Shown: positions 17,542 through 26,139 of the stretch, in pieces | Layout of the letters: each line of letters opens with the position of its first letter | Position numbering within the stretch: the first letter of the stretch is position 1 | IMG/VR virus record: IMGVR_UViG_3300006120_000006 | Location: 1 to 38,326 of that record | Length of the DNA: 38,326 nt | Strand: one strand, 5' to 3' | From: a virus | Taxonomy: Duplodnaviria > Caudoviricetes | Translations under genes and position numbers: made by a program | The notes under the pieces: generated by a model | Database searches by the model: none | Seen by the model: the letters and a program-made list of their open reading frames with translations, nothing else | Told to the model about the DNA's origin: nothing

Positions 17542-20328
17542 ATGTCTATAAAATACATCTTCAATCCATTTACAGGAAACTTTGATGCCATTAATACTGG
17601 TGGAGGTTCCGACACCCCTTGGACAGTAGACCATAACGCCAATGGACATAACCTATACGACTCTACAGGCGACCTTAAACTAGACCAGAACGTAGGTACA
17701 CCTGGATTAAATGGTAGAGGTTATTCAATGAAAGCCCAAGACGTTACCTCTACTGCTGCCGACGCAACTGGTGGTCAATTCGTCTTGAAAGCTGGTGACT
17801 CACATAACTTTTCAGGTAGTGGACTTTCTAAAGGCGCAAAGATTACTTTGTATGGAGGCGGATATCAAGGTGCAGGTTATATGTTATTTGAGACTGGTGC
17901 TGGATACTCATCTGTCTTTCATGGATTCAATTTCAATAATAACTTCACTATTGACCACCAAGGTACACTCTCTAATCCTAATGGAGACCTTAACATTGAC
18001 CAAGGTTCAGGCGCAGGAAATAATCATAATATAGTCATTAAAGGAGGTACAAATACAACTGCCTATGGTGCTGGTGGAAGTCTGACTTTAAGCGGTGGAT
18101 ACAGTAACAATGGGGAAGGGTACACTTTTACCCCTGCTTCTATTTTCATGGCAGGTGGTTCATCTTATGGTGGTGATTTCATTCTTACTCCAGCGGCAGG
18201 AAATAACGGTTCAGGAAGTTTTATATTCGTTAATAGCAACATTTTTAGTATAGGTGGAAACACTGGTAATGTAACCTCTGGTCATAATGTTCTTGATAAT
18301 GGAGGTCAAACTCTTATCAATACAAAGACTCCAGTTCAAGTCGTTATAGGTACTTATACAGTCGGTAGCACATCTCCTAGTGGTACTACAGGAACAACTA
18401 TTACAAGACATCAAACCGATACTCCAAGTTCTTCATACTACAACACTTCTCTCTACCCAGTAGACATTGGAGCGATTACAGGTGTAGACGGATTTGGTGC
18501 AAATTTTACTGATGATGGTTCAGGGCACTTAATTGTTGCTGCACAAGACAAAACTGACAGCCCTACATCACTTAATTTCAGCACTTCACAATCTCCTGTT
18601 ATACCGGGAACAATTATTGGTTATGATGCTTATAATGTAAGTATTTCCGAGAATAGTTCTACTGGTGAAATAAGTTCAGATTTTCAGACGACTGGTAGTA
18701 CAGAGTATCCTTCAACATTAGATTTTAATACTTCACAATACCCTGTTGCACCGAGTTCTATTGGTGGCACAGATTATTATGGTGCGACAATTTCTGATGA
18801 CGGAAGTGGAAACATCGGAGTATCCACCGCACAGTCAACTTCATACTATCCAAGTTCGGCTGATTTTGACTTACCTAATACTCCAATTATTCCAGGCTCA
18901 ATAGGGGGTAATGATTCTTTTGGTGGTAGTGTTACTGATGATGGAGTCGGAAATTTAAACACGACACAGACCACCAATTCTCCGACTGAATATCCTTATT
19001 CTTCAAGCTATACTCTTTCTCACGGAAACATAACACCAGGTACAGTTTCAGGTACAGATAATTTTTGAAATTATTTTTATGATGATGGTAGTGGAAATCT
19101 TGTTGACTCTAATACTTATTATGGTGTAGGTGAAAGTCCATCTACTTACAGTTTCAATACATACTATTATCCTATTGCAACTTACTCCATCTCTGGAAGT
19201 GCAGATAATGGTGCTAACATTTATGATGATGGTGCAGGAAATGTTTATGAAGATATTGGAAGTACAGTAATAGGAACGATAGATTACGCTACTGGTGCAT
19301 ATACAGACGTATCAGGTGGAACGATACAGGTTCTTGGAATTGGTTATCATTATACATTTCCTAATCCTATTGCTTACATCGACTACACAACTGGTGCGGT
19401 TACCGACAACTCTGGAGGATTTATTTCAACAACCGCAATCGGTTATACCTTTTCAATCTCAAACCCTATTGCTTATATTGATTACTCTACAGGACACGTT
19501 TCTGATAATACAGGTGGAGTAGACCCTATCACATATATAGGTTATTCTTACGGCTATGTAGGAACGATTGCAACGATTGATTATTCAACTGGTGCGGTGA
19601 CTCATAGTATCTCCGACCAGATTTCTTCTATAACCTATTATTATGGCTACACAGGTGTTATTGGAACGATAAACTACAGCACAGGTTTTTTCTCAAGCTC
19701 ACAGAACGACCAGATAAGCTCAATCAGCTATCATTACGGGATTAACGGCATAATGGCGACGATCGATTATTCAACTGGTGCAGTCACAGATGCCACAAGT
19801 GGAGTGGATTACACACAATCAATCACTTATAACTCAACAATTACTCCTGGCGTATTTAACAACCAAGATGTCGGTTATACAATTTGGTCATACCGAGACA
19901 TATCAGGTTCAAGATTCTACGATTCTTCTGCTGGAACAAGTACAACTGTTAGTGATTACAGTGGCAGTAACTTCTATGTAGACCTTACTTGGTCAACAGG
20001 CACAGATGCTACAGGCTACGTCATTCAGAATACAACAAATGGTTATTATAAAGATGTCGGTGATGTCCTTACAGCAAATGATTTTGGAGATGGTGTAGGT
20101 TGGACAAGTGGAACATTCTCACCAGACCACATAAGCCCTTACGCAGTAACTACCGATTCAACAGATAAAGCCCAAGTAAATGGTGCAATGACAATCTTGA
20201 CATCATTTACTTTAGTCCCAAGTCCAACACCAACTAATCCAAGAGAGGGGATGGCATATGTCGATAATAGCTCATCACCTAGTCATTTTAAGATGTATCT
20301 TAATGGTGCATGGAACACAATTATTTAA
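17542..20328 (+). CDS. Large tail fibre/adhesin, 928 aa if the single in-frame TGA (19066-19068) is read through
   Basis: ORFs 17542..19068 and 19597..20328 share a frame; 19069-19596 has no stop and continues the repeats; N-terminal FNPFTGNFD motif. Confidence 0.8.
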
Positions 20329-20394
20329 TTATCAACAGACTCCCTACCGAAAGAGTATAAACTTGTGGTATAATTTAATCATAATAAAAAAACT

Positions 20395-20604
20395 ATGAAC
20401 AACACACAATTACAACTCGCAGTTACCAACGCTACTAATGCAGTCACAGTAGCTACAGCTCGTATCGCACAGTTAGATTCAACCCAAGCTTTCGCCACTG
20501 CACAGTACAATGCGAACCACGCTATCGCTACACAACAGTTAGCTACAGCACAGGCGACATTGGCTACAGCACAGGAAGCATTATCAAACGCACCAACAAA
20601 ATAA
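20395..20604 (+). CDS. Ala/Thr/Gln-rich coiled-coil protein
   Basis: ORF track; TGGTATAAT at 20366-20374 upstream. Confidence 0.65.
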   Translation: MNNTQLQLAVTNATNAVTVATARIAQLDSTQAFATAQYNANHAIATQQLATAQATLATAQEALSNAPTK

Positions 20605-20605
20605 C

Positions 20606-20749
20606 ATGACTCCACAACAAGCCCTCATAAACCTCTATAACGCATCACGTCTCGCCCCTTTAACAGCCGAGCAACACGAAGCCATGAAGGAGTGTGCAAA
20701 GATTATTGATGGTATTATTAATCCTAAGCCAGCTGAAGAAGCGAAATAG
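20606..20749 (+). CDS. Small hypothetical protein (47 aa, MTPQQALINLYNASR...)
   Basis: Hand-translated; fills the gap exactly. Confidence 0.6.
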   Translation: MTPQQALINLYNASRLAPLTAEQHEAMKECAKIIDGIINPKPAEEAK

Positions 20750-20751
20750 CC

Positions 20752-21066
20752 ATGCAATCCGACCCTTACTCCAGAGAATTGATTGACGAAAAATTAAAAG
20801 TAATTCTAGCCGCCATTCATGAAGTGAGGGAAATTGCTATCGAAACTAGAGAACAAGCAAAGAAGACTAATGGCCGTGTTACAGCCTTAGAAGGAAAGTG
20901 TATTGTTAGGGATGAATTTGACCCTATTGCTGACTGGACTAAAATTGCCAAAGGAGCAGTAGCAGTTCTATTAGCAATAGTTCTTCCTATTCTTGGATTC
21001 CTCTCATATCAAGTTATTGAAACACAGCAAGTATTATCAACTCATATTGGCTCAACATCAAAATGA
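20752..21066 (+). CDS. Holin-like/lysis membrane protein
   Basis: KKTNGRV coiled coil plus one C-terminal TM helix; coupled to the peptidase. Confidence 0.55.
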   Translation: MQSDPYSRELIDEKLKVILAAIHEVREIAIETREQAKKTNGRVTALEGKCIVRDEFDPIADWTKIAKGAVAVLLAIVLPILGFLSYQVIETQQVLSTHIGSTSK

Positions 21067-22034
21067 ATTTACCTTTTCTAAAGTTCAAAGCTAAGGTTAA
21101 AGGGTTATTACAGTCAGATATACCTTATAACCCACTAATTGAATCTGGTGACAGTTCTCCTTACTTCGGAACTTTTGAAGGGCAAAGATTTGGTAATTAT
21201 GATACAGATTGTTGTTGGGATTTCTCTGCTACGGAATTAGCTGAAACAAGACTCTGTATGTTAGAGAAACTAGGTCTTATACCTCAAGATACTCTAAACT
21301 GGTTGAACACTAACGGTTTCAAGGATTCAACTGGAGACTATTATCTTTCTCGTGAATGGGTTGCTATTCTAAGTGGTGTTACAAATAAAGGTAACTATCA
21401 ACAGAACTTTTGGGATATCTGTGGTAGTGCTGGTGCTGGATTAATACCTAACTCTTTATTGGATTATAATGCTCAAGATGCCTATAAGTGGATTACTCAA
21501 GATCAATTCGATAACGACTATTTCAATATAAACAAGATAACTCTTCCAATGGAAACATTGGGACAACAGTTCGCTAAAAGATTTAACATTCAAGCTGAAA
21601 CTGTTAATGGTGGATATATCAAAGATATAAGTGTTTATCTTCAAACCTATCTCAAAGAAGGTTCTGTGCAGATTGGTATTCCTGTACCCCAAGATGGTTC
21701 ATGGAATCAACAGTACGTTAAATATCCAGTAGGTAACACTACTCCTCAACACTCTGTAGAATTGTATAAGTTTGACCCCACTTCAGCTTTTCCGTTCTAT
21801 ATTTACGATAGTTACCAGCCTTCACTTAAGCAACTTTCAGCTGATTACTTCATACCTTTAATTACTCGTGTTTCAATCCAGCCAGTAACTACTACTCAAT
21901 CTGATATAACTCCTATACCATTACTAAATAATACATCTAATTGGCAGATGTTCTGGAATAATGTTGCCGCTTGGCTTACTGGTAAACCACTTCCATATCC
22001 TAATACTCCTATAGGTAGTACACTTGCAAAATAA
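21063..22034 (+). CDS. Papain-like (C1) cysteine peptidase, putative lysin
   Basis: Q..DCCWDFS (catalytic Cys), LSREW, PQHSV (His), IYDSY; flanked by membrane-protein genes. Confidence 0.65.
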   Translation: MNLPFLKFKAKVKGLLQSDIPYNPLIESGDSSPYFGTFEGQRFGNYDTDCCWDFSATELAETRLCMLEKLGLIPQDTLNWLNTNGFKDSTGDYYLSREWVAILSGVTNKGNYQQNFWDICGSAGAGLIPNSLLDYNAQDAYKWITQDQFDNDYFNINKITLPMETLGQQFAKRFNIQAETVNGGYIKDISVYLQTYLKEGSVQIGIPVPQDGSWNQQYVKYPVGNTTPQHSVELYKFDPTSAFPFYIYDSYQPSLKQLSADYFIPLITRVSIQPVTTTQSDITPIPLLNNTSNWQMFWNNVAAWLTGKPLPYPNTPIGSTLAK

Positions 22035-22364
22035 ATAATGGTATAATATATTCGTACCTTTATAATCAATCCCTTACAACGGCACCTTGGTAACTAGGAT
22101 TTATCAGTCGGGGGCGTGCCCCTCGCACGAAACGTACTAGACAAACTCTGGGATGCACGTTAAACCTTTTTTATGGCAGTACTCTGGTCGAACACTTTTT
22201 ATATTGTATCGTCTTCAGAGTCGACTATATACGATTATGCTGGTATCTCAAACTTCTTGTAATGTTAACAATAATTACATTACAAACCTTTTAAGGACTA
22301 TGCTGGGTTTCCCAGTCTTTTCCTTAAGTGGTATAATATATACATATCAGCTTAATCAAATTAT

Positions 22365-22586
22365 ATGTCAACAATCGTATCTTTTCTAAAGAGTCCACGT
22401 TTCCTATCTATCGTCTACCACGCTCTTTGTATTGGTGCCGTAGCCATCCTTAACTACTTCCTCCAAAGTGTTAGTACTTTGGGGTTAAATGATAGTGAGG
22501 TTGTTATAGTAGGTCTAGTTCTTAAACAGGTTATTGGTGCGATTAACGACTTCAGTAACGGACTTCCAACTGGTTTCGTTAAGTAG
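22365..22586 (+). CDS. Holin-like two-TM protein
   Basis: Two hydrophobic helices, 73 aa; TGGTATAAT at 22329. Confidence 0.6.
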   Translation: MSTIVSFLKSPRFLSIVYHALCIGAVAILNYFLQSVSTLGLNDSEVVIVGLVLKQVIGAINDFSNGLPTGFVK

Positions 22587-22616
22587 TATACTAAGAAAGT
22601 TAGAGCAGTATAAAAG

Positions 22617-22640
22617 ACTCCTTCAATTGGGGAGTTTTTT
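22617..22640 (+). terminator. Intrinsic terminator
   Basis: ACTCCTT-loop-GGGGAGT followed by a T-run. Confidence 0.65.
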
Positions 22641-22667
22641 ATATGATATAATATATATGGAGGTACC

Positions 22668-22853
22668 ATGAAATCTATATGCTCAAATTGTATTCAACGT
22701 TACTGTTGTCAGACTAGTTGCAGTTTATTGCGCCAAAAGTGCGATGAACAATTGGACAAGGACTTAGATGCCCTTGTGGAACATGACTACCCTTTAACTT
22801 TTATTTTTGAAGGAGGACTAGATGAAATTCAAGCACCACTTCGTGTGCCATGA
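22668..22853 (+). CDS. Small Cys-rich protein
   Basis: GGAGG SD upstream; CxxC..CC..C. Confidence 0.55.
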   Translation: MKSICSNCIQRYCCQTSCSLLRQKCDEQLDKDLDALVEHDYPLTFIFEGGLDEIQAPLRVP

Positions 22854-23004
22854 GTGTGGGGAACACTTCTACGCAATTCCTATCGTCAACGAGCACGGCC
22901 ACTATTGCTCTGAAGAATGTGTATCGCTTGCTTTTGTGAAGCGACTACAAGAACAGGAGATGAGTCAAAATCATTTCCAAAACCCTCAACCAGAAAGGGA
23001 TTAG
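22822..23004 (+). CDS. Small zinc-finger protein (CxxC...YCSxxC)
   Basis: AAGGAGG SD; treble-clef-like motif. Confidence 0.6.
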   Translation: MKFKHHFVCHECGEHFYAIPIVNEHGHYCSEECVSLAFVKRLQEQEMSQNHFQNPQPERD

Positions 23005-23005
23005 T

Positions 23006-23266
23006 ATGCGCCATCGTAACCATTGTCCGAAATGTCGGCGTTCTTACGATGAGGTTCAGTTTACAAGACACCATATTTGCCCCAAAAGGCTGTTTCGTGG
23101 TTCACGAGCTACGATTGACCTTTGTAGAGAGTGTCATAACAAAATTGAGAAACGAATCCCTTACAGATTAAAGTTGCCTATTGCGACCTACTATCTGATT
23201 GTGAATAACTTTCTCGGCTTTCAGGCGGTAACGCCACCCAATCAAAAACACCCGACCCATTTATGA
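23006..23266 (+). CDS. HNH endonuclease-like protein
   Basis: CPKC...TRHHICPK...LCRECHNKI. Confidence 0.7.
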   Translation: MRHRNHCPKCRRSYDEVQFTRHHICPKRLFRGSRATIDLCRECHNKIEKRIPYRLKLPIATYYLIVNNFLGFQAVTPPNQKHPTHL

Positions 23267-23329
23267 GCCGAGTGTTTTCTTTACTCCGTCATAGACAAGA
23301 AACCTACAGGGAGCAATTCTACTATTTTA

Positions 23330-23400
23330 CAGCACTGAGGGAATCGAACACCTCATACTCGTCTCTAAAAGTCGAGATTCTACCATTAAATTAAATGCTG
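23330..23400 (-). tRNA. Degenerate tRNA-like gene, anticodon TTA (ochre-suppressor-like)
   Basis: CAGCATT/AGTGCTG acceptor stem; ATTT-AATGGTA-GAAT D arm; TCGAC-TTTTAGA-GACGA anticodon arm (one A-A mismatch); TTCGATT T loop with a bulged T stem; no CCA. Confidence 0.6.
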
Positions 23401-23454
23401 TTTCACACGTCTGCGACCGTATCCACGGGCAGTACCAAAGTCGTTGGCACTCTC

Positions 23455-23463
23455 ATTCTACCA
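23455..23463 (-). promoter_or_regulatory. Extended -10 (TGGTAGAAT) upstream of the tRNA-like gene
   Basis: Minus-strand TGnTAGAAT about 55 nt before the tRNA 5' end, with two small hairpins in between. Confidence 0.45.
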
Positions 23464-23467
23464 TATC

Positions 23468-23803
23468 TTACTCTTTGGGTGTAGGGGATTGTTCATACTT
23501 GTTCTTTCCACACACTGAGCAAACATAGTATCTGGTACATCTTCCGCCATAGTGTCGCTGATTTATTCCAAGTCTCATCAATTTATCATCAAGAACTTCA
23601 TTCATCATTTTTCGTTCATCTTCAATAGCATAATACTCCTCAACTTGGTCTTTGCTAAACGGTAAATGTTGCCTGTTTATATACTGGGGAATAAGTAACA
23701 CGAAGTCATGAGGTTTTTTACCTTTACATGTTTCAGGTTTCTTAAGTGAGCCATTCTTATCTGGTTCTTCCCATCTCTTTGTTGTACGATTGTATTCTTT
23801 CAT
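23468..23803 (-). CDS. Hypothetical Zn-binding protein
   Basis: ATG 23803 (MKEYNR); C..H and CSVC motifs. Confidence 0.6.
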   Translation of the reverse strand: MKEYNRTTKRWEEPDKNGSLKKPETCKGKKPHDFVLLIPQYINRQHLPFSKDQVEEYYAIEDERKMMNEVLDDKLMRLGINQRHYGGRCTRYYVCSVCGKNKYEQSPTPKE

Positions 23804-23825
23804 TTGTTTATAGGGGTGAGGGGGA

Positions 23826-24386
23826 TTAAAGAAAATCCTTAGTCTTAATTTTATACATATCTCCATTAGGACAATGCCATACAATCCCTTCGATACCACA
23901 GTCATTTCCGTACTTACTTTTTTGTTTTGGCAACCATTCTTTTAATTCATCAAAAGTAATCGGTACATTTTCAAATATAGGTGCTTGATTGAGGGTGAAG
24001 AATACTACAACATTTTTATCCAACTTTAATGGATTTCCTTGGATATTTAATCCAAGTGCTTCGCCACTCCATTCGCCATCAGGAATATCTGAAAAATCAG
24101 TACCTTTAACGCACGCCATAATATATTTGTCTTCACTTGATTCACTTGCATCAATATACCATGGTTCAATGATACCTTTTGCTTTTTCGAGACGAGACGG
24201 ATTGCGTCTTTTCTCTACTCGTACAACAATATGATTTCGTACAGTTACTCTGATATTTGTACCGTCTAATTTCTCTGTGGCAATAGCCTCTTTCAAAGTA
24301 TCCGCACGAAAACCTACACATGGTTCATTTTTAATTTTACCGTCACTATCCCAGTTTCTTTCAAAAATTGTTTTTATTTTTTTCAT
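23826..24386 (-). CDS. RNA ligase-like nucleotidyltransferase (Rnl family, minimal adenylation domain)
   Basis: Motif I ATEKLDGTN, motif III GEALG, motif IV EGIVW, motif V KIK. Confidence 0.8.
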   Translation of the reverse strand: MKKIKTIFERNWDSDGKIKNEPCVGFRADTLKEAIATEKLDGTNIRVTVRNHIVVRVEKRRNPSRLEKAKGIIEPWYIDASESSEDKYIMACVKGTDFSDIPDGEWSGEALGLNIQGNPLKLDKNVVVFFTLNQAPIFENVPITFDELKEWLPKQKSKYGNDCGIEGIVWHCPNGDMYKIKTKDFL

Positions 24387-24399
24387 ATATATTTACGAG

Positions 24400-24585
24400 T
24401 TAGTTGGGGAGGACTTCTTTAGTAATCAAAACAGATACAACTTTCCAGCCTTTACCGACCTCCTTACAGAAATTATCCGCTGATTTTTTTGTTGAATGTA
24501 TCTGGTAAACATCTTTCATTATTCCGTTTGAAAAATCAGGAATAAAACCATCATCTGTAACCACTGCATATGCTTTAATTTTCAT
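24400..24585 (-). CDS. Hypothetical protein
   Basis: ORF track. Confidence 0.55.
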   Translation of the reverse strand: MKIKAYAVVTDDGFIPDFSNGIMKDVYQIHSTKKSADNFCKEVGKGWKVVSVLITKEVLPN

Positions 24586-24619
24586 ACATCTTTTTATTTA
24601 ATTTATAATGTTAGTAGCG

Positions 24620-24780
24620 GAGAGGGGTGCTGTGGGCAAGGATTTGACGAGCACCGTGTGAACAGACTTTCACTGTATGACGGATTACTCGTATAGTCAC
24701 CTTGCATGTAATGCTTGAAGTTACATAGTCCATTGTCATAGTCTATGCGTCTACCTATTCCGCCACCACAGCCCTCTCTC
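24620..24780 (-). ncRNA. tRNA-Leu-derived structured RNA A, with a 51-nt hairpin inserted in the T loop
   Basis: GCTGTGG/CCACAGC acceptor; TGGCGGAATAGGTAGACGC D arm; CAAGGTG[51 nt]CAAATCCTTG. Confidence 0.7.
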
Positions 24781-24797
24781 AACTACATTTTAATGTT

Positions 24798-24995
24798 CTA
24801 CTCACTCTTAATAATCGAACACCTATCACACATATTGCTATCTCTGGCATGTTCACAATCTTCTCTCATATCCTGATTACACACCTTACATACTCCGTTA
24901 TACGCTCGCACACACGTTCCTCTGGGACATCGGTGAGGTGGAGAGCAAGAATCTCCGTAGAAGTGTGTAGTGCCTTCAGGTAAATCTTTGAACAT
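24798..24995 (-). CDS. Small Cys-rich protein
   Basis: ORF track; multiple CxxC. Confidence 0.55.
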   Translation of the reverse strand: MFKDLPEGTTHFYGDSCSPPHRCPRGTCVRAYNGVCKVCNQDMREDCEHARDSNMCDRCSIIKSE

Positions 24996-24996
24996 A

Positions 24997-25437
24997 TTAT
25001 TGTAATGTTTTTATCTCTTTAATGGCTTCTTCACAGAGGGCGATTTCGGATTTGATAGCTTGATTTTCTCTGAAAGGAAATGGTGCTTTTTGACTTTTTA
25101 TATGGTCATTAAATCCACTATGACACCAGCAGACGACATCAGTACAACCTAAAGCAGAACAACACTTTTTACAGCAATACCAAGTATTTTCATCTTTTTC
25201 TTTATTCCTCAACCTCTTAACCTCTTCTTCAAGCTGGTAGAGGTAGGAGGAACGAATAAAAGACTTCATTCTCTCAATGTGGAGATTCGCCCTTTTTGTC
25301 TGGCTATCTTGCCATTGGATAAACTCAAGTTCAGTCGGGTTAGAAAAACAATTTTCTGTTGCCCAAAAGTCTAAAGGAAATCCCTTATCAAACTCCTTCA
25401 TCATCTCCTGATATGCTATTGTTTTTGGGTTGGGCAT
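24997..25437 (-). CDS. Hypothetical protein
   Basis: ORF track; Cys cluster. Confidence 0.55.
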   Translation of the reverse strand: MPNPKTIAYQEMMKEFDKGFPLDFWATENCFSNPTELEFIQWQDSQTKRANLHIERMKSFIRSSYLYQLEEEVKRLRNKEKDENTWYCCKKCCSALGCTDVVCWCHSGFNDHIKSQKAPFPFRENQAIKSEIALCEEAIKEIKTLQ

Positions 25438-25438
25438 G

Positions 25439-25615
25439 TTATTTCTTTAATTTAATAAACTCGGCGATTGAGGAGAGGGCGTAGTTCCATTTAATTCCAC
25501 ACACCTTACAGACCTTTTCAATTCGCCATTCACCGTCAGAGAAAGACTTGGTACTGGGTTTGCCTTTCTTATAGAAGTTACTGACGAGGATTAGTTTGTG
25601 GGAGATGCCGGGCAT
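25439..25615 (-). CDS. Possible small Zn-ribbon protein (58 aa)
   Basis: Hand-translated MPGISHKL...CKVCG...; fills the gap. Confidence 0.35.
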   Translation of the reverse strand: MPGISHKLILVSNFYKKGKPSTKSFSDGEWRIEKVCKVCGIKWNYALSSIAEFIKLKK

Positions 25616-26139
25616 GGCGAGTTAATTATAATTTTAGCTTTCATTTTTGAGTAAGCACGCTTTTGAGATTCTTTTAGATCATTATACTCCTCCTGTGTGA
25701 GAGCTTTCAAGAATGGGTCGGTTTTAGGACATGGTATTTCTGTCGCTTCTTCTATCTGGCAAAGAAACTCACAGAACTCACCAATTCTTAGATCAACTGA
25801 ACTATCTACAATACGTGTCTTTTCTCCATATATTTCTTTAATACCTTGTGATAGAAACTTACCTTTTGCCCATGCACGTAATTCTTTTGGTGTATAACCA
25901 CTAGCCGTTGAAATTAGCGATAGATACAACGCATAGTAATTATTTTGTAACAAACTTCTTTTTGGTCTTTTACTTGTAATATACATAGCTACTTCATCTC
26001 CGACTTTAGTCTGTTCGTTTAAGAAATGTTGGTATAGTTTTGGTGCATTTAAAGCTACTTTTTTTGTAACTCCATCTAAACCGACTTTGCCGAGAAAGAC
26101 TTGTGAGGTATATGAAGGATTGTATTTATTGGTTTTCAT
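25591..26139 (-). CDS. NinB/YbcN-like recombination protein
   Basis: KRSLLQNNYY...SSVDLRIGEFCEFLCQIE pattern. Confidence 0.65.
   Translation of the reverse strand: MKTNKYNPSYTSQVFLGKVGLDGVTKKVALNAPKLYQHFLNEQTKVGDEVAMYITSKRPKRSLLQNNYYALYLSLISTASGYTPKELRAWAKGKFLSQGIKEIYGEKTRIVDSSVDLRIGEFCEFLCQIEEATEIPCPKTDPFLKALTQEEYNDLKESQKRAYSKMKAKIIINSPCPASPTN

Noticed and set aside
19295-19522. 75-aa alternative-frame ORF, and a separate gene starting at GTG 19597
   Set aside because: The main frame continues the fibre repeats without a break; GTG 19597 lies mid-repeat.
18409-19830. Diversity-generating retroelement or CRISPR-like array in the fibre repeats
   Set aside because: Repeats are divergent at DNA level, I found no TR/VR pair differing only at adenines, and there is no reverse transcriptase or spacer structure.
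22153-22389. 78-aa ORF in the lysis intergenic region
   Set aside because: Atypical composition; it runs across hairpins and the holin promoter and overlaps the holin start.
23330-23400. Integration site (attP) or lysogeny module at the tRNA-like gene
   Set aside because: No integrase or recognisable repressor is present, and the tRNA is too degenerate to match a host attB by inspection.
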